DNA of 64,000 nt from Candidatus Dojkabacteria bacterium (GTDB lineage: Bacteria > Patescibacteriota > Dojkabacteria > J137): positions 2,010 through 66,009 of the forward strand of contig JAUZRK010000015.1 of NCBI GenBank assembly GCA_030950485.1, given 5' to 3'. Under the pieces are notes generated by a model. It was not told the origin of the DNA and did not search any database. It saw nothing but the letters and a program-made list of their open reading frames with translations. A program made the translations under genes and the position numbers. Shown piece by piece: positions 21,123 to 31,562 of this stretch (its first letter is position 1; each line of letters opens with the position of its first letter).

Positions 21123-21785
21123 TTAGTCACCCCATTTAATAGATAAAAGAATTTGATCTATTTCTATTAAGATCTCTGGGTCGTAGTAATCTTGGGGAAG
21201 GTCGATAACAATATCATAATTATATTTACCAACATTAAATGCACATTCAAAAACTCCATCATTTTTTACGCTTTCATCTTTTAATCTAACTATTTGAGTG
21301 TAGGTGTATGGACCAAACTTCCCAGGTGAACCATCCCAGCCTTCTACCTTACCTCTCCATAGACTAACTCCATTAATATTTAGGTTAATACTTTCATTGA
21401 AAAATTTTTCTTGATATAAGCCTAGGCACCCTAAATCCTCTCTGTAATTCTCTATTATTATCCTTACTGAATGATTTGACTTAGACAACGTTAATTCTTC
21501 CCGTGCTTCCGATATAGTCTTGTTTAAATTCCATCCCTCATCATAAGAGATACTAAATCCAGATCTTGCACTAATAAAGTCTGGAGTTCGACCAGTAAAT
21601 ATTTGTTCGTATTCAAGATCATCAGATTGATCATCAGTCACAGGATTACTTGTAGGAGAATCAGTAAGTACATTACTATTGTTCTCTGAACTATTGCCAT
21701 CACTTTCTTCTTGCGTCAATTCAAATGTGGTAGCACTTATAGCAAATATCGCTAAGAGAATTAAAACCAAATATTTCTTATTCAT
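21123..21785 (-). CDS. Secreted hypothetical protein, paralog of 20378..21067
   Basis: Signal peptide. Shared architecture and C-terminal motif. Confidence 0.5.
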   Translation of the reverse strand: MNKKYLVLILLAIFAISATTFELTQEESDGNSSENNSNVLTDSPTSNPVTDDQSDDLEYEQIFTGRTPDFISARSGFSISYDEGWNLNKTISEAREELTLSKSNHSVRIIIENYREDLGCLGLYQEKFFNESINLNINGVSLWRGKVEGWDGSPGKFGPYTYTQIVRLKDESVKNDGVFECAFNVGKYNYDIVIDLPQDYYDPEILIEIDQILLSIKWGD

Positions 21786-21830
21786 AAAATTATTTAATAA
21801 TCAAAATTAATTAAACTCAGCACACTTGTT

Positions 21831-24800
21831 TTACCACGTGTACCAAGATGTTCCTTCATAACTAAATACACCAGCCCAGGTTCCTCCAGGTTTTGACTTA
21901 TTAATTACACTGTCCTTATTAGCAGTTCCCATTACATAAAAGTGAACTGTTCCTCCTAACTTTTTATTTCTAAACCTATATACAGCCTCTGTTCCATTTA
22001 CACAACCATTGCTATACCTATAAGATTTCCATGCTTCACCCTCGAATGTATAAGCTCCTGCCCAATCTCCTCCTGGTGCAATTTTACTTTTAAGGTTATC
22101 TCTTTCTGTGTCTCCTAAAAGATAGAAATGTGTCCCAGGGTAATGGTTGTTCCCAAACCTATAGACACTTTCTTCTTTTATTACAATTACATTAACTCTT
22201 TCTGTAACAGTATTATTTGATGTAACTGGATCATTCTGACTTCCACTAGTCTCTGCCTTAAATGTATTATAACCAGTATTATTTAGTTTTAATACAATAT
22301 CAGCTCGAGGCTTAATACCTGGCATAATTGAACTATAATTACATATAACTATCGAACCTGAAAGACTGCAACTAGATGGTTTACTAACTAAACTATATCC
22401 GCTAGGAAGAGTTAATTTAGAAACTACTCCCGTCGCTGTAATTGTTGAACTCATATTATGAGTATTCATAGACATAGTAAACTGTTCTCCTTTACTTACA
22501 GTTGTTTTACTAGGAGTTAAATAAACTCTAAGATCTACTGAACTGCTATTTGTAGGAGGTTCAACCGGCGGAACTACTACAGATCCTTTAAACTCACTAG
22601 GATTTCCGAATGCATAATAAGCAACTCTTTCATGTCTATAATTTATACTACTAAGATCTACACTTTTACCAAGATTGTAGAAGTGTGTTTGCCTACTATT
22701 TTCAGTATTAATGTATCTTTGAACTGGTGATGATCCATTGTAATCATCTTTTAAAGTCTCATCTTTAGTTGTTATCGGCGGATAAGCATAAAAAGCTAAA
22801 GCCGGATTTAAATAGTCAGGTATTGTAATAGAATTCTCAGTTGCAACATAAAGTAACGATTGATATACGTCACTCCAATATTGATAAACAGGTACAGTTC
22901 CAGTCGCTCTATTTTTAAAAGCATAAAAGGCTGTCATATCAAATCTCCAAATTGAAATACTATACTTAACCTGAATTTTATCTTTTGCATCATTTCCAAT
23001 TACGTATAGGTGAGCTGTTTGCCCCTCTATAGGTTTGTAAAATCTGTAAACTGGAGATAATCCAGTAGCAGGATCTACTTCAGCTATTCCAGTATTAGTA
23101 TGAGCTCTACAAGTCACTGCATCATCAATATAAAATATTGGTTGCCCTCCATTCCCAAGACTCCAGCTTATAGTTGGATCATCGTCATATGAATCAGGAC
23201 TGAAATTCTTCTCAGTAGTATAGAAATTTCTAAACGGACTGCTATTCTGAGTAAAAAGGTATACCGGTTTATATAAGTTATCAGGATTAGTTTTATATGC
23301 GAAACATATATTACTTTTATCAAAGTATTCCCCCGTACCAACTAAACTACCTGCTCTTTCATAATCTGCTGTAATCTCTATAACATCTCCTTGTGGTTTA
23401 TAAAGTGTATAAACTTTAAGTGGAGAATTCACCACCTCAGCTACTTCTTTCCCACCAGTTTTATATCCTCCATTACAAATTATTCCAACAGTATCTCTGT
23501 AAACGCAGAACGTATCTCGATCATCAAAGTAAATTGTATTCATTAAAAGCGGTTGGTCTCCAGGGCTTCCAAATTGAATAAGTTCTGAAGTCGAACCGTC
23601 CTTTGCTTTTATTGAAACAGCTGTATCTGTTAGTGCAATTCCTGAGATACTGCTTGTACTTGATCTTGTACTTACGCACCTTAAAGTATCAACGCTGTAA
23701 GAACATATATCGTCAAGCCCATCACTATTAATATCACCAAGAGCTAGGTATCCAAAAGGAATATTAGTCATTGGTGAACTTACAGTTCTGCTTGTATCAA
23801 TTACTCCATTTCTATTCATTGCACATTCAACTCCAGAGGTACTGTACACACATAATTCATCATATCCATCCCCATTTAAATCTCCTATCGCCGGAATACT
23901 TCCAACTTCTCCAAATTTAATTCGAATTACTCCTGGACAAATAAGCTCCCCTTCTCTATAAACACACCTCTCAGAAATACCATCACCGTTAATGTCTCCA
24001 ACTACAGGTAAATCCTTCGGATCTCCTATTTTGTTCTGGCTTTCAAAACCTATCTTACCTGGATCAGTATCACAGTAATAGTTCACTTCTTCTTCATTGA
24101 ACTTACAAAGGTCTTCATACCCATTACCGTCAATATCTTTTTTAAATACAGTTGTATATGGTAGATAAAATTTAAGTTTAAACGGTTCAGCTTTTGCAGT
24201 TAAAGTTACTCCAGAAGAGTTAGTATACTGATACTCAACTGTCCACTCAATTTCTTTGTTTACGGGGAATTGATCAATCTCTAAGAACTGAACTTCAAGC
24301 GCTGAGTTAGCATTAAATTCTTTATCACCATATTTAATTACTGCTTTTTTAACTTCCGAGTTAGTGAATCCTTCAAAATCCCAACTGAAATTTAAAAACT
24401 TCTTTACAGTATCAATATTTACAACAGAATTATCTACAGGACTCTTCAATATTAACTCTGGCGTTATTTTAAAACTAGTCTTTGCAGGATCTGTCCAAAT
24501 ATATTCATTTGTATTCCCGTTATTATTACTATCTGCTATGTCCTTGTAATATGCTGTTATATCCCAAGTTAAGTTTTTTCCTTCAATCGATGCCAAAGTA
24601 GAATAGGGTACTGAAACTGATGTTCCACTAATTTTTCCTTGATAATAGTAAGCTCCAGAAACGCTAGTTGGCCTGTCTCCACTAGCATCATAAATCCATA
24701 ACTCATAGTATCTAGTATCATTCCCGCTGCTGTTTGAGTCAGCTAAGAATTCCTCCCATTCAAATCTAATAGAGTTTCCGTCTGGTTCAGGAGTAGCATT

Positions 24801-26789
24801 TCCTATAGGAGATATAGGTTGTATCATGTTTGGAAAGTTATCTGACTTAAAGGCAATTCCACCTAAATCTACTGATACTGGCGTTCCTTTATAAACTTCA
24901 TTACAAATTGAATCGTCAGAGAATTTCTCCGAAGGATCTATAGACTTACCATATCCAGCAGAGTCTAATGTAGCTGTATCTAAGAATGTGAAATGTAAAT
25001 GGTATCCACATGTCCAGCCAGTATATCCAACTTTACCTATAATTTCTCCCCTTTTAATCTTAGTACCAGGTACTTGTAGTCTATCTGGAATACTATTTTT
25101 CATTAGATGTAAGCATATTGAAGAGGTTTGGTCATCATATTTAATTGTAACCATGTTAACTGTACTAGCATATGAGCTTGAGCAGCCACCTTGGTTCACG
25201 AATTGTTTATATATGCCATCTTCATATTTATCTGTTGCAATGTAAATAGTACCATCGGCTACAGTTGCAATTTCTTCTCCAAAACCCATACCAAAATCCA
25301 ATGCGTACTGATTATAATATTCACCTGTAACATGACTTCCGCCGTCATTTAAAAAGTCCTGACTAACCTCATGACTGATATCCCCTGGCCAAGGCAACTT
25401 ATAAGGACTCTCCTTACACTCCAAAACCACCTCGCTCTGCCCAAATCCAAAATCCAAACTATCACTAATTCCTAAAACCGTAGGGCTACTAATATCTCCA
25501 TATTGCACTAATAACTCAGAATCTACACTATAAGAATCGGTAATATCTCCATTACTTGGAACTCTAAGAATTTCAAAATGTAAGTGACAACCTTGATCCT
25601 CAAGCGGAGCCTCGGGATTATCTCTAACGTATCCAGTATTACCAACAGTACCAATTACCTGATTAGTGAGAATCTGATCTCCAACTTCAACATAAACATC
25701 CCTAAGGTGGTAATAAACAGATATATAACGATCTCCATTACTAAAAGTATGTAATATTTTTACGTAATTTCCAGGAGTATCGCTAGCACTTTCATTTCCT
25801 AAAACAACACCCTCAGTAAAAATCTCTATTATCTCTCCACCAGCAGGAGCTAAAACTTCTGTACCGCAATACAGTCCATAGTCAGTACCATTATGCAGCG
25901 TTCCATCCCTCTCTCCAAATTCAGAAGTAATCGAAACAACATACTCCTCACCAGTCTCAGGGTTAATTTGAATTTCACTATAAGGTCTTTCAAAACTAAC
26001 ACCATCCTCAGGATTTATAACAGGAGTAGAATCAAAACCCTGACATAAAAAGTTATCCAAAGTCCAACCGACAGTACCAGTTAAAGTCATAACCTGCATC
26101 CAATTATTACCTTCAGGATCAATAAAATTATCAATAAGATAAAGCGAATCACCAAGATTTAATTTATATAAAACAATACTTGAATATCTAGGAGAATAAA
26201 ATAATTCAACGCCAGCAGTATTACAAACATGAGCCTCTGTATAAGCTATGACCTCGCTTCCAACTCTAGTTACCTCCGCTAAATTACAACTACTTAACGC
26301 ACTATCAATCTGAGTATAACCAACTCTCCCGTCACTAAGTTCAGCCCTAAACCATTTAGCTCCGTTTATATCAAAAAGATATCCAGTTATTAGAACCTCC
26401 TCAGTACTTGGTAAGATAGTGATCCAATTACTAGAACTTGAAGGTGCCTGATAAATTACTAAACCACTATTTGAATTAACTAAACACGCTACATTACTAC
26501 CAATTCCAAAGTTATCATCGCCAGTATAATCAGGCAGCTCACTATCAGGATTACTTGTAAACTCCTCACCAACTAATCTAATATCAAATCTTAAAGTATC
26601 ATTATTAGACTCTTTTCCAGTTTTATCGTAAGCATCCTTAAACCAAGTCACCCCCTCATGAATAGCATCAATCTCTAAAACATAATCACCATTTTCTTCA
26701 GGAGTTAAAACTTTCAAAGTAATGTTTTTTGTATCGTTATAACTAACTCTAGAACTTAAAATCGCTCTATTATTATCTTTTTTATACAT
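21831..26789 (-). CDS. Giant surface protein (C-terminal 1652-aa segment): SH3b-like region, two M23/LytM-like peptidase domains, FG-GAP/Ca-binding repeats, repeated YRF..HFY modules
   Basis: HNGTDYG...GCHLHFEI and ...GYHLHFTF (M23 HxxxD/HxH motifs). GDINGDGISE, GDLNGDGYDE, GDINSDGLDD repeats. No signal peptide on this segment. Confidence 0.75.
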   Translation of the reverse strand: MYKKDNNRAILSSRVSYNDTKNITLKVLTPEENGDYVLEIDAIHEGVTWFKDAYDKTGKESNNDTLRFDIRLVGEEFTSNPDSELPDYTGDDNFGIGSNVACLVNSNSGLVIYQAPSSSSNWITILPSTEEVLITGYLFDINGAKWFRAELSDGRVGYTQIDSALSSCNLAEVTRVGSEVIAYTEAHVCNTAGVELFYSPRYSSIVLYKLNLGDSLYLIDNFIDPEGNNWMQVMTLTGTVGWTLDNFLCQGFDSTPVINPEDGVSFERPYSEIQINPETGEEYVVSITSEFGERDGTLHNGTDYGLYCGTEVLAPAGGEIIEIFTEGVVLGNESASDTPGNYVKILHTFSNGDRYISVYYHLRDVYVEVGDQILTNQVIGTVGNTGYVRDNPEAPLEDQGCHLHFEILRVPSNGDITDSYSVDSELLVQYGDISSPTVLGISDSLDFGFGQSEVVLECKESPYKLPWPGDISHEVSQDFLNDGGSHVTGEYYNQYALDFGMGFGEEIATVADGTIYIATDKYEDGIYKQFVNQGGCSSSYASTVNMVTIKYDDQTSSICLHLMKNSIPDRLQVPGTKIKRGEIIGKVGYTGWTCGYHLHFTFLDTATLDSAGYGKSIDPSEKFSDDSICNEVYKGTPVSVDLGGIAFKSDNFPNMIQPISPIGNATPEPDGNSIRFEWEEFLADSNSSGNDTRYYELWIYDASGDRPTSVSGAYYYQGKISGTSVSVPYSTLASIEGKNLTWDITAYYKDIADSNNNGNTNEYIWTDPAKTSFKITPELILKSPVDNSVVNIDTVKKFLNFSWDFEGFTNSEVKKAVIKYGDKEFNANSALEVQFLEIDQFPVNKEIEWTVEYQYTNSSGVTLTAKAEPFKLKFYLPYTTVFKKDIDGNGYEDLCKFNEEEVNYYCDTDPGKIGFESQNKIGDPKDLPVVGDINGDGISERCVYREGELICPGVIRIKFGEVGSIPAIGDLNGDGYDELCVYSTSGVECAMNRNGVIDTSRTVSSPMTNIPFGYLALGDINSDGLDDICSYSVDTLRCVSTRSSTSSISGIALTDTAVSIKAKDGSTSELIQFGSPGDQPLLMNTIYFDDRDTFCVYRDTVGIICNGGYKTGGKEVAEVVNSPLKVYTLYKPQGDVIEITADYERAGSLVGTGEYFDKSNICFAYKTNPDNLYKPVYLFTQNSSPFRNFYTTEKNFSPDSYDDDPTISWSLGNGGQPIFYIDDAVTCRAHTNTGIAEVDPATGLSPVYRFYKPIEGQTAHLYVIGNDAKDKIQVKYSISIWRFDMTAFYAFKNRATGTVPVYQYWSDVYQSLLYVATENSITIPDYLNPALAFYAYPPITTKDETLKDDYNGSSPVQRYINTENSRQTHFYNLGKSVDLSSINYRHERVAYYAFGNPSEFKGSVVVPPVEPPTNSSSVDLRVYLTPSKTTVSKGEQFTMSMNTHNMSSTITATGVVSKLTLPSGYSLVSKPSSCSLSGSIVICNYSSIMPGIKPRADIVLKLNNTGYNTFKAETSGSQNDPVTSNNTVTERVNVIVIKEESVYRFGNNHYPGTHFYLLGDTERDNLKSKIAPGGDWAGAYTFEGEAWKSYRYSNGCVNGTEAVYRFRNKKLGGTVHFYVMGTANKDSVINKSKPGGTWAGVFSYEGTSWYTW

Positions 26790-26978
26790 TGTAGTAGTAC
26801 CATCACTATTTAATAAAAGCCAATGATAAGAAATACTAACTGGGTTGTTAAGTCCTTCAATAACCGGGTACCAATTTAATGATCCAGTATTTTTAATAAT
26901 GAACTCTATATTAAATTCATTTGAAGTATTAAATTCAACTGGTAGATCTATTATTCCATAGTTACCACTTTCTACTTA

Positions 26979-27899
26979 TTCATCTTCTAAATATTCAATA
27001 CTATAAATAGGTATTTCAGGCAGAGTAGGAGTATCATTATCCCCACTCCCTGATCCATCTCCTGTATTAGGATCCCCATTTTCACCATTAGTCCCATCAT
27101 CAGGATTCTCTGTACTTTCTTTAATAATGAAAATTGAATCACTATAAACTTCAGAAATATTTCCAGCAGTATCTTTATACTTTACAAAAACATCAGCACT
27201 TCCAAACTCTATAGCAAAATCAAAACTCTCAAGTATGATCGAATGATTTTCTTCACCATTATCTGGAAAATTAGCCCATTCACTCCAAGTCGAAGAATCA
27301 GTGCTTATTGAGTAAGATACTGCAGTTTGAAAAATCTTAGCTTCTACAGGAGGTACGCATTCTCCAAGATAGTCACCATGTTCAAGGTGAGAATCGAGTG
27401 CATTTTCTGAAATTGTTATCTCGTATTTATTTTCTGGATTTCCATTTGGAATATGACAAATCTCAACTTTTAGTTTTTTAGTTTCTGTATCTACCTTATC
27501 ATTCTTCTTTTCCTGTCCTAAACCTTCTTCATCTGCTGGTTCAGAGGTGTTCCCCACCTCTAAATCTTTCCCATCGTCATTATCTAGACTTTCGATTTCC
27601 CCTGCTTCGTCAGTACACAAACCTAAATAATCACCATGTTCAAGATGAGAATCTAAAGCGCTTTCAGAAACTGAAATCTCATGAGCTACTTCATTACCTA
27701 GTTCGGGTTTATGGAATATTTCAACCTTACTTCCTTCTGAATCAGTTTCTGTAGTTTCTGGTAAGATCTCTTTAATAAATGAATCGTATGAATTTAAATA
27801 TATATTTACAATGCTTGAATCTGAGATTTCATCATTGCCATCAAGTGCTTTTATGTCTATAGAACCACTTGGCTTCCCTTGATCTAAAATTATTCTATC
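26979..27899 (-). CDS. Middle segment of the same giant protein, containing two HIPNGNPENKYEIT..ALDSHLEHGDYLG repeats
   Basis: Same frame as 21831..26789, separated only by a TAA at 26976..26978. A 93-codon open stretch upstream of its TTG lacks any start codon and runs back to the TGA at 27900..27902. Confidence 0.55.
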
Positions 27900-28298
27900 T
27901 CAAGATGAAACTGAGCTAATCTCGTCAACCTTAACCTCTATACAAATCTCATGTTCATCCTCGACTGTAGGAATATATCCAATTCGAGATAAATAACTTC
28001 CGCCTTCGTCTTCAAATATCTCTACCTCTTCAAATTCGCTCCATCCAGAATTATCTGAAAATTTATACTTTGCAAAACTAGGTGTAAAACCTTCGCTTAA
28101 ATAAGTTTTTGTATTTACTAAAACCTTATTTGTGAACTTATTATCTAAATAAGTATCTGAACTTGGATTTACAACTAATGAAACGGAATTAGCTGCTGGA
28201 TCAATTACTTCTTGTGCTTTTACTGCAGGTATTAAGCCAACTAATGGCGAAAGTAAAATCTGCAATAATAATATTAATGTTAATAATTTATTTTTCAT
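27900..28298 (-). CDS. N-terminal signal-peptide segment of the same giant protein (ends at an in-frame TGA)
   Basis: Signal peptide MKNKLLTLILLLQILLSPLVGLIPAVKAQE. The TGA at 27900..27902 is in frame with the downstream segments. Confidence 0.55.
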   Translation of the reverse strand: MKNKLLTLILLLQILLSPLVGLIPAVKAQEVIDPAANSVSLVVNPSSDTYLDNKFTNKVLVNTKTYLSEGFTPSFAKYKFSDNSGWSEFEEVEIFEDEGGSYLSRIGYIPTVEDEHEICIEVKVDEISSVSS

Positions 28299-28320
28299 GA
28301 TTTTTAAATGATTTCTATAA

Positions 28321-28959
28321 CTAAATATCTAAACTAATCGATTCTCTAATAACGCTATATTCTTCAAATGACTGAATTACAAAAGATGCTTTTGATGAAT
28401 CATTATTAAAAAATACTTCAGGCGTATAGAGTACGCCTGAGTTATTACCGAATTGATCGAAAAGGTAGCTATTTAGTACCTCTCCATTTGTTAAATTGAT
28501 AATATCCACTGACCTTGGAGTAGAGTAAGCTACTTTATTATTATCAGCACTGATGCTGACTAAAACTTGATCGCTAATATTTGTAGCAAGAACTTCTTGT
28601 GTATTATTTACCAAATTAATTAAACTTATTAATTTACTATCTTTTCCAAATGTATATATTAATTTAGTATTATCATCACTTAGCTTTGCCGTTATTACAT
28701 ATTGATTGTCTGTTAAGTAATTAACAACAATTCCGTTTTCATCTAACTCAGCAATTCTCCTTGATGTACCATTATCTAAAATCGCAAAATTAGAATTACT
28801 AATTTTATTTATTTCAAAAGATATATTTGAAACCTCCTCTGAGATACCCTCCTCTGCATTCGTTCTTATAGTGAATAAAATAAGACCGTATGTTAATAAA
28901 GTAGTTACTACAAATAAGCGTACAGAGTTTTGTGATATAAATTTTTTACTTATCCTCAT
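28321..28959 (-). CDS. Secreted protein, possibly a beta-propeller (PD40/TolB-like repeat)
   Basis: N-terminal signal anchor. Repeated ...NNKVAYS.../...TKLIYT... strand-like segments. Weak call. Confidence 0.3.
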   Translation of the reverse strand: MRISKKFISQNSVRLFVVTTLLTYGLILFTIRTNAEEGISEEVSNISFEINKISNSNFAILDNGTSRRIAELDENGIVVNYLTDNQYVITAKLSDDNTKLIYTFGKDSKLISLINLVNNTQEVLATNISDQVLVSISADNNKVAYSTPRSVDIINLTNGEVLNSYLFDQFGNNSGVLYTPEVFFNNDSSKASFVIQSFEEYSVIRESISLDI

Positions 28960-29103
28960 AATATTTGTTAATAAAATAATTAATGTATATATTATCCAGA
29001 TAGACGTATTCGGATAGTATCAAAAAAAAAGAAAGATAACATTGCATTGCAGCGCAAGTTTTCTGACAAAAGTGAAGAAATAATGAAGTAGAGTCTCAAA
29101 AGG

Positions 29104-29138
29104 TACAAAAATAGGGCACAATCGAAATTGTGCCCTAT
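29104..29138 (-). terminator. Rho-independent terminator for the zwf-gnd gene
   Basis: Perfect 11-bp stem TAGGGCACAAT/ATTGTGCCCTA with loop CGAA, followed by T5 in minus orientation. Confidence 0.7.
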
Positions 29139-29156
29139 GAAAATTAAAACTATGAA

Positions 29157-31460
29157 CTATTTCCTCACATCATGCCCACCAAACTGGTTTCTAAGTGCAG
29201 AAACAACTTGTCCAATATAGCTAGGATTACTTTTTGAATCTATTCTAAACTGCAAAGCATCTTCAATAACCTTTACTAATATGTCGATCTCTTTTGCAGC
29301 TTCAACAGTCCATTTTCCTTCGCCGTTACTATCAACTTCGCCGGAAATATTTTCTAAAGTAACTCCATCTTGATCAAAAGCTTTTAATAACCAACCAATC
29401 AATCTAGATTGGATAACACTACCTTTATTATAAATTTCAGAAACATCTTTTAGATTTAAGTTGAAATTTGATTTTCTTAAGACCTCAAAGCCTTCTGCAA
29501 TAGCCTGCATCATTCCATATTCAATTCCATTATGTACCATTTTTACAAAATGACCAGCTCCAGCTCCTTCAAAGAACTTATAACCACAAGGGAATGATAT
29601 CTGTTTAAACAATTCTTCAGTATGTAAGAAATTAGTATAATTCCCACCAATCATTGCGCAAGCACTATTTCTAGCACCACTAGGACCTCCTGAGATTCCA
29701 ACATCAATAAAATTAATGCCCTTCTGTTCAATTACCTCATATCTTTTAATAGTATTTTTATAATTTGAATTTCCAGCATCAATTAAATAATCTCCAGGCT
29801 CTAAATAATTTATTAATCCATCTTTAGCAACTAAAACATCTTCTACCGCATCGCCAGATGGAACCATAACCCAAATAATTCTAGGTGCTTTAAGTTTTTC
29901 TACTAATTCTTTATATGAATAAGCTCCTTCTCCTCCTAATCCAACAAAATTATCAATCTTATCTTTAGACCGATTATAAGCTATAACTTTCCAACCTTCT
30001 TCTAAAAGTTGTTCTGCAATACCTTGTCCCATTTTGCCTAAACCAACTACACCTATTTCTTTATTAGTTTTGTACGTGAACTTCTCATTAATGTAGTTAG
30101 ATGATTCAATAGCCTTATCTGAGTTTTGTTTATAGGTTTCTAGAGCAACTACATTATCATCCCAAGCGTTTACAATTGGATCAATAAATCTCCATGAAGC
30201 TAATACTTCTTTAAAACTTACAAACCAGGTCTGTTTTCCATGTATTACATCTAAAATTCCAATTTTGTATTCATCTAAGTACTGCTTTCTCTCCTTTGAT
30301 TCAAGAATCTTGCATTCTAGATTATCCCCATTGGCATACGACATCATATCGAAATTTATAGATAGATTTTCTTTAGGAGGAAGATTGAATTTAATATAAT
30401 TTTCTAAATTTTCAACTCCAAGATCTTTATGTGCTTTATCTACTTCTACTTCTCTAAATGTAATTTTTACATATTTTTCTTCGCTAGGAAGTTTTTTTCC
30501 TGACTGAATAATAATAGGTACATTTCTCCATTTAGGCATATCAATATAAAACTTTATTTTAAAGAATGTTTCTTTATTAGACTTTTTGTTAACACCGTCT
30601 ATTTCTCTGTATCCTTTATACTGAGCTCTATAGGTGTTATATTTTATCTCCTCAATATTCAATATTTTAAGTCTTGAAAGTAAATCAGCTCTCGCGCTTC
30701 TAATCTCTGCTGAACTAAAATCAACAGGCTTATCCATTGTTAATAAAGCTACTATTTGCAGAATATGATTTTGTCCTACGTCTTTTAATGTTCCTACACT
30801 ATCATAGAAGGCTCCTCTAGTTTCAACTCCGAAATCTTCATTTAAAACGATTTCAATTTTCTCTATTGAATCATTATCCCAGGCGAATTTATAAATAGAA
30901 TTGAAAAATCTTAATGCAAAGATATTTCTTACAATTCCCTTATGAAGATAGTGGTCAATTAAGAAAGTTTCTTCTTCACTAAAGCATGACTCTAAGAGTC
31001 TATTGATTTTTATTGCGCTTAAAAAATCAGTTCCTATTGGTTTCTCAACTATAATCCTAATATTTGTATCTTTAAATTCACCTCTAATATTTTTTAGATT
31101 ACCGATAATATCTGAATATGCATCTCCTCTTACAGCAAGATGGAAGATAGTATTTGAAGTAGAGTTCTTTAGTATTAATTTGCTTAACTCCTCATATCCT
31201 TTTGGATCATTAAAATCAGTTGAAACAAATTCTATTATTTCAAGGAATTTTTCAGTGCTTTCGCTGTAGTTATGAAGAACTTGTGTCTTTAGATATTCTC
31301 TAAATTCTTTATTATCAAAGGTTCTCCGAGAGATTCCTATAATTTTGAAATTTTTTGAAAGCTTATTTTCTTTATATAGTTCGAAGAGGGCTGGGAGGAT
31401 CTTCTTTTTAGCAAGATCTCCAGTTGCACCAAATAAAGCGAATGTTGCTGAGTTATCCAT
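29157..31460 (-). CDS. Fused glucose-6-phosphate dehydrogenase (N-terminal) and short-type 6-phosphogluconate dehydrogenase (C-terminal)
   Basis: N-terminus has FALFGATGDLAKKK (G6PD NADP site), IDHYLHK (DHYLGK motif) and RGAFYD. C-terminus has EIGVVGLGKMGQGIAEQL (Rossmann fold) and the 6PGD signature GAGAGHFVKMVHNGIEYGMMQAIAEGF. 767 aa in one ORF. Confidence 0.8.
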   Translation of the reverse strand: MDNSATFALFGATGDLAKKKILPALFELYKENKLSKNFKIIGISRRTFDNKEFREYLKTQVLHNYSESTEKFLEIIEFVSTDFNDPKGYEELSKLILKNSTSNTIFHLAVRGDAYSDIIGNLKNIRGEFKDTNIRIIVEKPIGTDFLSAIKINRLLESCFSEEETFLIDHYLHKGIVRNIFALRFFNSIYKFAWDNDSIEKIEIVLNEDFGVETRGAFYDSVGTLKDVGQNHILQIVALLTMDKPVDFSSAEIRSARADLLSRLKILNIEEIKYNTYRAQYKGYREIDGVNKKSNKETFFKIKFYIDMPKWRNVPIIIQSGKKLPSEEKYVKITFREVEVDKAHKDLGVENLENYIKFNLPPKENLSINFDMMSYANGDNLECKILESKERKQYLDEYKIGILDVIHGKQTWFVSFKEVLASWRFIDPIVNAWDDNVVALETYKQNSDKAIESSNYINEKFTYKTNKEIGVVGLGKMGQGIAEQLLEEGWKVIAYNRSKDKIDNFVGLGGEGAYSYKELVEKLKAPRIIWVMVPSGDAVEDVLVAKDGLINYLEPGDYLIDAGNSNYKNTIKRYEVIEQKGINFIDVGISGGPSGARNSACAMIGGNYTNFLHTEELFKQISFPCGYKFFEGAGAGHFVKMVHNGIEYGMMQAIAEGFEVLRKSNFNLNLKDVSEIYNKGSVIQSRLIGWLLKAFDQDGVTLENISGEVDSNGEGKWTVEAAKEIDILVKVIEDALQFRIDSKSNPSYIGQVVSALRNQFGGHDVRK

Positions 31461-31511
31461 ATGAATTTATCTACTAAATATATAGTAATAGAAAATTGAT
31501 ATGAATGTAAG

Positions 31512-31537
31512 TAGGGGGCAGTTAATTCCCGCCCCCT
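31512..31537. other. GC-rich hairpin (AGGGGGC...GCCCCCT) in an intergenic region
   Basis: 7-bp all-G/C stem in an otherwise AT-rich spacer between two minus-strand genes. Confidence 0.5.
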
Positions 31538-31562
31538 GAATTATTTATTAACTAAGACTTAA

